A stretch of 34,768 nt of DNA from a virus. Taxonomy: Duplodnaviria > Caudoviricetes. Every line of letters begins with the position of its first letter. Positions within the stretch are counted from its first letter, which is position 1. The notes beneath the pieces were generated by a model. That model saw nothing but the letters and a program-made list of their open reading frames with translations. It made no database searches and was not told the origin of the DNA. The position numbers and the translations under genes were made by a program. Of this stretch, positions 27,228-34,329 are shown piece by piece. Location of the stretch: positions 1 to 34,768 of IMG/VR virus record IMGVR_UViG_3300030372_001217, one strand, 5' to 3'.

Positions 27228-28954
27228 GTTTAGAAAAAGAGTTACATAAAGACTTTAGAATATTTCTAACAGCTGTATGGACTCACTTAAATTTACCAAT
27301 ACCAACCAGAGCACAGTTATGTATCGCTGAGTATTTACAACAAGGCCCAAAACGATTACAGATACAAGCGTTTCGTGGTGTAGGTAAATCTTGGATCACC
27401 GCTGCATTTGTGCTGTGGACTTTATTTAACGATCCAAACAAAAAAATTATGGTGGTGTCTGCATCTAAAGACAGAGCAGACTCCTTTTCTATATTTTGTC
27501 AAAGGTTAATTATGGAGGTGCCTTGGTTATCACACCTAAAACCTAAAAACGATGACCAAAGATGGTCACGTATATCGTTTGATGTGGGGCCAGCAGCTCC
27601 GCACCAAGCACCCTCAGTAAAGTCTGTGGGTATTACAGGACAGCTAACAGGATCTAGAGCTGACCTTATGGTATTAGACGATGTCGAAGTACCTAATAAC
27701 AGTATGACGGAGCTACAACGTGAAAAACTCTTACAACTTGTTACTGAGTGTGAGTCTATTCTTACTCCTAAACGTGACTCTCGTATTATGTTTCTTGGAA
27801 CTCCTCAAACGACTTTCACTGTTTACAATAAATTAAGAGAACGTAGTTATAGACCTTTTGTGTGGCCTGCTAGGTATCCTCGCAAGGTAGCCATGTATGA
27901 TGGTTTACTTGCACCTCAACTAGCAGAGGATTTAGAAAACAAAAACGATCTTACGTGGGAACCTACAGATACACGTTTTAAAGAAGCTGATCTACTAGAA
28001 AGAGAAGCATCTATGGGTAGATCAAACTTTATGTTGCAGTTTATGCTAGATACTAGCTTATCTGACGCAGAAAAGTTCCCATTAAAGTTTGCAGATCTTA
28101 TAGTAAATCCAGTAAATCCTACACATGCACCAGAAAACATAATATGGTGCTCAGACCCAGACAATGTTATTAAAGATTTACCTTGTGTGGGGCTCCCAGG
28201 GGATTATTACTACAAACCTATGCAGATACAAGGTAAGTGGCAAGAATATAGCGAAACTATTTGCAGTGTTGACCCATCTGGGCGTGGAGCTGACGAAACA
28301 GTAGCTTGTTTTTTATCACAACTAAACGGTATCATGTATTTGCATGAAATATACGCATCACAAGACGGTTATAGTGATGACACATTATTAGCAATACTTA
28401 AAAGATGCAGAAAATATGATGCGAGTACACTGCTCATCGAGAGCAACTTTGGCGATGGTATTGTATCAGAGCTATTTAAAAAACACTGTCAAACGACAAA
28501 AACAAACATAAATATAGAGGAAACAAGAGCAAATGTTCGCAAAGAAGACAGAATCATTGATAGTCTTGAGCCTGTGTTTAATCAGCATAGGTTGGTGGTT
28601 GACCCCAAAGTTATTGCATGGGATTATGAATCGAATACTGAGAGGGCAGCTGAAAATAGATACCAATATATGCTTGCCTACCAAATCTCAAGAATGTGCA
28701 GGGAAAAAGGTGCCGTTCGACATGACGACAGAATTGATGCCCTTGCCCAAGGAGTCAAATATTACACCGATGCCCTTGCCCTTTCAGCTGAACAGCAAAT
28801 AAAAGACAGAAGACATGAGGAATGGTTAGATCATCTAGAAGCATGGATGGATGACCCAGAGTGTGAAGCAAATCATATTGCACTAGGAATGTCCTTAGAC
28901 CAAAAAAGAGAGGCTAGAGGGGCTACTAGAAGCCACTCACACTCATGGATGTAG
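27224..28954 (+). CDS. terL: Terminase large subunit (T7 gp19-like)
   Basis: Walker A AFRGVGKS, Walker B MVLDDVE, GTPQ, nuclease DPSGRG and HDDRIDAL. Confidence 0.97.
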   Translation: MSLEKELHKDFRIFLTAVWTHLNLPIPTRAQLCIAEYLQQGPKRLQIQAFRGVGKSWITAAFVLWTLFNDPNKKIMVVSASKDRADSFSIFCQRLIMEVPWLSHLKPKNDDQRWSRISFDVGPAAPHQAPSVKSVGITGQLTGSRADLMVLDDVEVPNNSMTELQREKLLQLVTECESILTPKRDSRIMFLGTPQTTFTVYNKLRERSYRPFVWPARYPRKVAMYDGLLAPQLAEDLENKNDLTWEPTDTRFKEADLLEREASMGRSNFMLQFMLDTSLSDAEKFPLKFADLIVNPVNPTHAPENIIWCSDPDNVIKDLPCVGLPGDYYYKPMQIQGKWQEYSETICSVDPSGRGADETVACFLSQLNGIMYLHEIYASQDGYSDDTLLAILKRCRKYDASTLLIESNFGDGIVSELFKKHCQTTKTNINIEETRANVRKEDRIIDSLEPVFNQHRLVVDPKVIAWDYESNTERAAENRYQYMLAYQISRMCREKGAVRHDDRIDALAQGVKYYTDALALSAEQQIKDRRHEEWLDHLEAWMDDPECEANHIALGMSLDQKREARGATRSHSHSWM

Positions 28955-29067
28955 TCAACCCCACCATAACACACGGGGAAGTGGTGCTCCTCGTGGGTGG
29001 AAACAGCGGTCAGAGGGGTAGCTAGTCTATCCCTCACTCTACATCGTGGTAAGGTTCACGATATATT

Positions 29068-29196
29068 ATGAAAAAATTACTCTTACTCTTACTAATACTT
29101 AGGGTAGCTGCTCCTATATCGTATATAACGTGGGTAGCTCTCAGGGATCAAAAAATTTGGCATAATTTTCCAAAGGCAATATACAGAGAGCGATAG
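29068..29196 (+). CDS. Possible 42-aa hydrophobic peptide (MKKLLLLLLILRVAAP...)
   Basis: Translated by hand; signal/TM-like; last ORF before the non-coding region; weak RBS. Confidence 0.35.
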   Translation: MKKLLLLLLILRVAAPISYITWVALRDQKIWHNFPKAIYRER

Positions 29197-29420
29197 CTGG
29201 CAGCCCCCCAAGCGGTTGGCTTGTGTTCGGTTTTCCGTACTTGCCACAATCGTGAGACAGTCCCCACAAGATTGTTTCAATATGTAACGAAGCACCACAG
29301 CGGGGATGGCGTACCAATACTTGAGTCTTATGAGACCAACACCATATATAGCAATGTTACAGAACCTTGCGAGGTCTTGACATAATCTCATGTGAGACTC
29401 ATGGGATCTGTATTTGTTCA
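29150..29420. repeat. Probable genome-end / terminal-repeat junction region with short TGAGAC-type repeats
   Basis: Non-coding gap between terL (last T7-order gene) and early genes; TGAGAC at 29253, 29331, 29393 and TGAGTC at 29322. Boundaries cannot be fixed from one copy. Confidence 0.5.
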
Positions 29421-29518
29421 GTGTGGATAATTATATATAAGGATGACTAATGTAAATAGTAATTTATACTTATATAAATTTACATATTACAAGTATGTTA
29501 AGTAATTATAAAGTTTTA

Positions 29519-29547
29519 TTGACCTTTCCTGATTTTCATGGTATCCT
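29519..29547 (+). promoter_or_regulatory. Host sigma70-type early promoter P1
   Basis: TTGACC-17nt-TATCCT with extended -10 TG and a very AT-rich upstream region. Confidence 0.6.
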
Positions 29548-29574
29548 CTCACATTTTAAAATTTATAGCTAGAG

Positions 29575-29590
29575 TAGTACACATGTACTA
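29575..29590. promoter_or_regulatory. Cyanobacterial LexA-type operator
   Basis: TAGTACA-CA-TGTACTA perfect inverted repeat; fits RGTAC-NNND-GTWCB. Confidence 0.65.
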
Positions 29591-29596
29591 TCCACC

Positions 29597-29624
29597 ATCA
29601 TAGGCTTGCGCCTCACTTTGTCAA
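29597..29624 (-). promoter_or_regulatory. Leftward sigma70-type promoter
   Basis: Minus strand TTGACA-16nt-TATGAT; predicted +1 near 29590. Confidence 0.55.
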
Positions 29625-29670
29625 GTATTTTCTAAAATGTGTTGGTTTGCTGACTTTACCAGGTGTCACG

Positions 29671-29698
29671 TTGAAAAGCCTAAAAACCATGCTAATAT
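29671..29698 (+). promoter_or_regulatory. Host sigma70-type early promoter P2
   Basis: TTGAAA-16nt-TAATAT with extended -10 TG. Confidence 0.55.
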
Positions 29699-29782
29699 AT
29701 ATACATGAAACAAATTTTTTATTCTATGACTTTCATTTATTCCTTATTATAAAAAGAGACCACAACAAATACAACAAGTTAC

Positions 29783-30212
29783 GGGGGCTTATCCTTAGAA
29801 GATAAGTACAGCATCACTAAACTATATGCGTTACCTGTTAATGTGAACCGAACCATAGCACCGAATCAAGTAGGATAAGACTAGAGGCGAGACAGCATCA
29901 ATACGGGGACTGTAATGAAGTAAGCGGTAGGGCTTACGTGAACGGTGGGGAGCGCAAACCGACAGCTCTGGGCTAGATAGCACTAAAGGCTAGCAATTAA
30001 CAGTTAACACAAGGACTTGTAGTGCCTACCCACAATCATCACGTCCACAAATGTTAACAATCACACGCAATCATTAATTACCGCTGTAGGCTGTACTATG
30101 TCAGCCAACTGACCTTACAAGTGGGAACACTTCGTAATGTGTAATACTTGCCCACAGCTTTCATGCGGTGCTATAGTTAGATCTAGCTGGTGCAACTCCA
30201 GCTCACCGCTCA
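29783..30212 (+). ncRNA. Candidate large structured RNA / early leader, class unassigned
   Basis: No credible ORF; many complementary segments, including long-range helices and pseudoknot-type pairings (see findings). Confidence 0.55.
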
Positions 30213-30219
30213 CAAAACT

Positions 30220-30843
30220 ATGACTTATTCCCAACTATCACACAATGCACGTGAGATCGTAGCCAAGTTCACGCTTGCTACATCCCAAGAAGTGCAGCTA
30301 GGTTGTGACTGGTATCCGTCAGCTCTCAAGATCTCCGCTCGCATTGGCGAGAAGTACGGTGTATCCGCTGAGGTTGTTGCGGGTGTCATCGCAGCTCTCT
30401 CACCTAACAACCGCTGGGAGCGTAACATCATTGACGCTGAAGCCATCATTAAATGCTGGCGATCTGGCGGTACTCGCACTGACATGACCAATGTCAAGGT
30501 GTGTACTTATGGCAAGATGAAACAGAAAGCCATTGACATACTACTCACACGTGTGCCCATCGTTGACATACTCAAAGGCAAAAAGCTTGTTGAGTTCTTC
30601 AACTGCATCACTAACCCAGCTCTCAATGACGTATGTATTGACGGACATGCGTACTCTGTATGGTTCGGTCAACGCCTTACCATGAAAGAAGTTCCAGCCA
30701 TTGGCATCCGTTTGCGATCACAAATCAAGACTGATTATCGTGACGCTACATGCTTCATCAATGAGGAGCTAGGCGAGCACTACACGCCAGCATCAATCCA
30801 AGCCATCACATGGGTTACCCACAAACGTATCTATGACGTATAA
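30220..30843 (+). CDS. Conserved early phage protein (DUF7178-like; possible HhH-GPD glycosylase-like fold)
   Basis: WY...AALSP..RW..N...K..EFF.CI......VCIDGHA...QAITW pattern; start placed at ATG 30220. Confidence 0.65.
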   Translation: MTYSQLSHNAREIVAKFTLATSQEVQLGCDWYPSALKISARIGEKYGVSAEVVAGVIAALSPNNRWERNIIDAEAIIKCWRSGGTRTDMTNVKVCTYGKMKQKAIDILLTRVPIVDILKGKKLVEFFNCITNPALNDVCIDGHAYSVWFGQRLTMKEVPAIGIRLRSQIKTDYRDATCFINEELGEHYTPASIQAITWVTHKRIYDV

Positions 30844-31033
30844 CCAGCTCACACTCATGCCATACCTTGACGGTGCGGTTATGATGTACAAAGGATGTAC
30901 TAATGATCCAGCGGTTATGCTGGCACTCACATCCATACATGACAGACATTATCAGTTCGATTCACATGACACCACACGATTCTACTTCAACACCGAAACA
31001 GGATTATCCACGACGCAAACGCCCTACGCTTAA
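30833..31033 (+). CDS. Hypothetical early protein, 66 aa
   Basis: ORF track; overlaps the previous stop by a few codons. Confidence 0.5.
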   Translation: MTYNQLTLMPYLDGAVMMYKGCTNDPAVMLALTSIHDRHYQFDSHDTTRFYFNTETGLSTTQTPYA

Positions 31034-31139
31034 ACAAACACAAGCTATGCAAAGCGAGCAGCGCATACCACCAGACGTTTGGCGAGCTATTCAATACCTT
31101 GAGTATCGTAACTTACGCCACAATCATCCGCACGTATGA
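30966..31139 (+). CDS. Hypothetical early protein (start uncertain)
   Basis: 3' part of ORF 30903-31139; ATGA overlap with the next ORF. Confidence 0.4.
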   Translation: MTPHDSTSTPKQDYPRRKRPTLKQTQAMQSEQRIPPDVWRAIQYLEYRNLRHNHPHV

Positions 31140-31240
31140 CTATTATTCCATGTACTAACGGTGTTGGCGAATGGGAGATTGCAGAAACCCATGAAACCTT
31201 TGACACCTACGAAGAGGCTCTAGCAGCATGCGAGTCTTAG
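31136..31240 (+). CDS. Small acidic hypothetical protein, 34 aa (MTIIPCTNGVGEWEIAETHETFDTYEEALAACES)
   Basis: Translated by hand; overlaps its neighbours at both ends. Confidence 0.5.
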   Translation: MTIIPCTNGVGEWEIAETHETFDTYEEALAACES

Positions 31241-32118
31241 ACCTATTCAGTGGCATAGGTGGCTTTGCCTACGCAGGTCATCTCCTGGGAGGCTTTACTA
31301 CGACTCAGTTTGTAGAGAACAACACCTATTGCCAGCAGGTTCTACGCAAGAACTTTCCACTTGTACCTATTCACGATGACATCAACACCTTTGACACATC
31401 ATTCAGATTCGGTGAGTACGACCTCATCACAGCTGGCTTCCCATGCCAAGACTTATCCTCAGCAGGCAAGCAGGCTGGACTTCGAGAAGGCACACGCAGC
31501 AGCTTGTTCTACAGGGTCATGCAGATTGCTAGGCGTGTTCGACCTAAATTCATCCTCTTTGAAAACGTTGCAAATACAATCAGTCACGCCAAAGGGCAAA
31601 CTTTCCAAGCTATTCTCCATGAAATTGCCAAAAGCGGGTTCAATGCTGAGTGGGGCATTGTATCAGCTGCAGACGTGGGAGCATGTCACCTCCGCAAACG
31701 CATCTGGATTATTGCCTACGCCAACGACTCAAGATACTATCGCACATCCAAATGCCAAGCTGACTCCGAACGGACGGAGACTGTCATCAAATGGTACGAG
31801 TCACTCCCTCAACATACAAGACAAGTTGACGCTATTACCGACACCCAGAGCCAGCGAGTGGAAGGGCATAGGAGTCAAAGGCAGCCCCAGCAGCTTACGT
31901 TGGGCAAAACAAGGTTACTTAACTGGAGTGATACAGGAATCAGACTCAGTTCCGACTGGCGTACCTACGCATCTCAACCCATGCTTCGTAGAGGAGATGA
32001 TGGGTTATCCCGTAGGGTGGACAGACTTAAATGCCTAGGCAATACCATATGTCCGCAAACCGCAACAATTCCACTCAATCGTATCAAACAACTTGACGCT
32101 CTCCTCCAGCATAGCTAA
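31228..32118 (+). CDS. DNA (cytosine-5) methyltransferase, catalytic (alpha) chain
   Basis: Motif I LFSGIGG, IV GFPCQ, VI FENV, VIII HLRKRIW, X LGNTI; no convincing motif IX in this frame. Confidence 0.92.
   Translation: MRVLDLFSGIGGFAYAGHLLGGFTTTQFVENNTYCQQVLRKNFPLVPIHDDINTFDTSFRFGEYDLITAGFPCQDLSSAGKQAGLREGTRSSLFYRVMQIARRVRPKFILFENVANTISHAKGQTFQAILHEIAKSGFNAEWGIVSAADVGACHLRKRIWIIAYANDSRYYRTSKCQADSERTETVIKWYESLPQHTRQVDAITDTQSQRVEGHRSQRQPQQLTLGKTRLLNWSDTGIRLSSDWRTYASQPMLRRGDDGLSRRVDRLKCLGNTICPQTATIPLNRIKQLDALLQHS
31619..32038 (+). CDS. Putative methyltransferase beta chain (TRD plus motif IX) nested in the +1 frame; start uncertain, frame open from 31361
   Basis: Repeated LLPTP units and HLNPCFVEEMMGYPVGWT, a motif-IX-like sequence. 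Confidence 0.7.
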   Translation: MKLPKAGSMLSGALYQLQTWEHVTSANASGLLPTPTTQDTIAHPNAKLTPNGRRLSSNGTSHSLNIQDKLTLLPTPRASEWKGIGVKGSPSSLRWAKQGYLTGVIQESDSVPTGVPTHLNPCFVEEMMGYPVGWTDLNA

Positions 32119-32121
32119 TAT
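32093..32121 (+). promoter_or_regulatory. Internal sigma70-type promoter
   Basis: TTGACG-17nt-TAATAT, followed by a GAGGGT-CTC-ACCCTC hairpin. Confidence 0.65.
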
Positions 32122-32157
32122 GTTGGATGAGGGTCTCACCCTCTTGTTCACTTACTT

Positions 32158-32439
32158 ATGATCGTAATGCAACCACAAACACGCACCTCTACTGTTGTTG
32201 ACAAGATTGATGTCAACCCCTTAACAGGTTACGCCAAGGTAGAGCTATTATCTGGTGCAGTCTATGAGTACCACAATGTATCTCGCAGAGCATGTGCCAA
32301 CTTACTAGCACAACCTAACATGTCACTAGGTTTCTGGTTCAACAAGAACTGCAAAGCCAATGGTGTTACATGCAAACAACTTAAAGATGTCAACCTATCT
32401 ACCAAATGGTCAGAGTTCAAAAAAACATACGCTAAATAA
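32158..32439 (+). CDS. Early protein, KTSC-like pattern
   Basis: GAVYEYHNVS...MSLGFWFN resembles KTSC domains. Confidence 0.6.
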   Translation: MIVMQPQTRTSTVVDKIDVNPLTGYAKVELLSGAVYEYHNVSRRACANLLAQPNMSLGFWFNKNCKANGVTCKQLKDVNLSTKWSEFKKTYAK

Positions 32440-32630
32440 TGAGAGTAGTTTTCGACAAGTCTGTAGCCCCCTCCATTTTGGAGGCAGGCTATAGCTACAA
32501 CCCAGTATCAAACTCAAACACTGTTGAGGTAGAGCTCACAGATAACTTTGATATTGATGAATCACTTACAGGTGCAGGTCTATCACATTTACTTGATGAA
32601 TATATCTACACCATATATGATGTCCACTAA
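32439..32630 (+). CDS. Hypothetical acidic protein, 63 aa
   Basis: ORF track; TAATG coupling. Confidence 0.6.
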   Translation: MRVVFDKSVAPSILEAGYSYNPVSNSNTVEVELTDNFDIDESLTGAGLSHLLDEYIYTIYDVH

Positions 32631-33006
32631 ACGTTGTAAAGAATGTGGAGAGTTCAGACATTACACTGACTTTCCATTATTCTCAACTGCTGGAGCTGGA
32701 CGTAAGAACACATGCAAAGTATGTTCTAAACAACAGGCTACAGTTAGACGCAGGTTACGCAGGCAAAACCCGCCACCATCATCGCCTGGAAATTGCCCAT
32801 CATGCGGTAGGCATACCACTAAATGGGTTCTAGATCACTGCCACGACACCGACAAGTTCAGAGGTTACATTTGTGACTCATGCAATGTAGCCTTTGGTAA
32901 ATTTGCAGATGATCCAATAATTATGCACCGTTCACTTACATGGTTACAAACACATGGCACCAAACAAAACTGGTTTAAAGGTAGTAGAGACAGAGGACTC
33001 CGCTAA
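32617..33006 (+). CDS. Endonuclease VII-like (His-Me finger) nuclease with N-terminal Zn finger
   Basis: CKEC...CKVC...CPSC...LDHCHDTDKFRGYICDSCNVAFG; start placed at ATG 32617. Confidence 0.85.
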   Translation: MMSTKRCKECGEFRHYTDFPLFSTAGAGRKNTCKVCSKQQATVRRRLRRQNPPPSSPGNCPSCGRHTTKWVLDHCHDTDKFRGYICDSCNVAFGKFADDPIIMHRSLTWLQTHGTKQNWFKGSRDRGLR

Positions 33007-33226
33007 ACAAGACTTCATCAAGACGTTTGACTGTTGCGATGACCCACTTGTATACACAATACAAAGGTATTCATACTATGATATGGATGGTACAATATGT
33101 GGAGTCTTTGACAGTCCAGAGACAGTCCAGGCAAGACTGACTAAACTTATGGATAGCCCTAGAGATGGGGAAAAGTTCATTATTGAAACACATCAACTAC
33201 GTTCACACACAATGGAGACTGAATGA
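32954..33226 (+). CDS. Hypothetical protein, 90 aa
   Basis: ORF track; ATGA overlap with the next gene. Confidence 0.6.
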   Translation: MAPNKTGLKVVETEDSAKQDFIKTFDCCDDPLVYTIQRYSYYDMDGTICGVFDSPETVQARLTKLMDSPRDGEKFIIETHQLRSHTMETE

Positions 33227-33351
33227 GCACACCACATGCACAAGAACGCCTCGAAGCTATCCTCGAAGAAGTTAAAGAGGCATTTCCCTTTTATTCTGAA
33301 GAAAAGCAATGTGCTATAGCTAGAGCACGTTTTGAGGGGGAACTTATTTGA
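33223..33351 (+). CDS. Hypothetical protein, 42 aa (MSTPHAQERLEAILEEVKEAFP...)
   Basis: Translated by hand; GGAG RBS; coupled at both ends. Confidence 0.65.
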   Translation: MSTPHAQERLEAILEEVKEAFPFYSEEKQCAIARARFEGELI

Positions 33352-33494
33352 AACCAGACTATCCAGAATGGACATATCCTACATTTGGTATATTACTAGC
33401 TTGTGCCATTCTGTTCATATCATCCATCGCTGTGTTAGATGGTAAAAACAAACCAGCCCGACCTTTAGATAGAGTAACCCCAGACAGAACATGA
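33348..33494 (+). CDS. Small single-TM protein, 48 aa, TTG start
   Basis: GAGGGG RBS; FGILLACAILFISSIAVL hydrophobic segment; stop/start overlaps at both ends. Confidence 0.6.
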   Translation: MKPDYPEWTYPTFGILLACAILFISSIAVLDGKNKPARPLDRVTPDRT

Positions 33495-33784
33495 AGAAAG
33501 TTTATCCAAACCGTATACGTGAGCTAAACAAATGGAAAGCCACCGACAAGCTAACTCCAGTTGGTATTGACGATGGCTTATACGCAGCAGATAACTGGCG
33601 TTTACCGCTCGGTTACATGTGTGTAATACGAGCCGAGCTCCCCAATGGTAAAGTAAAAGAGCGTTCGTATCGTTTACAAAAGGCTGCTAATAAATTTATG
33701 TTAGACCTCATTGCAAATGGTGCGGACTTTCACCTCATGACTCACGAATTTGTAAAATCAACCGCTTGGCATTATGACGATTAA
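33491..33784 (+). CDS. Conserved cyanopodovirus-type early hypothetical protein
   Basis: YPNR...W.LP....CVIRA....GKVKE.SY pattern recalled from related phages. Confidence 0.7.
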   Translation: MKKVYPNRIRELNKWKATDKLTPVGIDDGLYAADNWRLPLGYMCVIRAELPNGKVKERSYRLQKAANKFMLDLIANGADFHLMTHEFVKSTAWHYDD

Positions 33785-34052
33785 CCCACATGATCTATCA
33801 GAACTATTGTACAACCTAGGTTATTATGTTGATGATGAGACAGGAGAAGTCATGGTTGAAATACGACCAGACGGAACCACTACTTATGACAAATACCTTG
33901 TTGCAATGGTCACCACTGGTAGATTAATTACAAAACGAGATGAAAATTGGCAGTTAAAAATATACTTGCCAAACTGGAAATGTTTTGACAGTATGGAGGA
34001 GTACTGTAAAGTATTTCCAAATGAACAACAGTGTAAAGACTATGACGTATAG
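33774..34052 (+). CDS. Hypothetical protein with CP12-like C-terminal motif
   Basis: Ends MEEYCKVFPNEQQCKDYDV. Confidence 0.6.
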   Translation: MTINPHDLSELLYNLGYYVDDETGEVMVEIRPDGTTTYDKYLVAMVTTGRLITKRDENWQLKIYLPNWKCFDSMEEYCKVFPNEQQCKDYDV

Positions 34053-34329
34053 ATTAACCCAACATCAAATTGACCACCTCGATGACTACGAATACTCCCT
34101 CTTCCTCGCCTATGGTGACTCATTCAAACCTACACCGACAGTTCCTCCTGGAACAAGAAGCCATCAGCTGCGGGAGGCAGAGGCTACACGAATCCTTGAA
34201 CAAGCTGGAGGAAAAATCCTATGCCTCGGCAAGCGTGTACGGAGTCGCATCAATAAGAGAGGCGTTGCCCTATTTAATGGAGCATATCGAAATCACCTTC
34301 GGCAAACTAAAAAACGGACAAGCAGGTAA
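34042..34329 (+). CDS. Hypothetical ORF overlapping the RNA polymerase 5' end
   Basis: MTYRLTQHQIDHLDDYEYSLFLAYGD...; fills the gap before the RNAP start, then runs 218 nt inside it. Confidence 0.45.
   Translation: MTYRLTQHQIDHLDDYEYSLFLAYGDSFKPTPTVPPGTRSHQLREAEATRILEQAGGKILCLGKRVRSRINKRGVALFNGAYRNHLRQTKKRTSR

Noticed and set aside
29378-29406. Promoter at TTGACA 29378
   Set aside because: No acceptable -10 hexamer at 16-18 nt spacing.
29440-29520. NtcA box in the AT-rich region (also looked for upstream of the riboswitch)
   Set aside because: No correctly spaced GTA-N8-TAC found.
29783-30212. tmRNA, RNase P RNA, group I intron or hammerhead assignment
   Set aside because: GGGGACTGTAATG resembles a tmRNA 5' end but has no matching acceptor 3' strand, CCA or convincing tag. 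RNase P and group I signatures were not found, and CTGTAATGA...GTGAAC departs from the hammerhead core.
30190-30219. GTG start for the first early gene
   Set aside because: It lies within the tRNA-like hairpin; ATG 30220 is more plausible.
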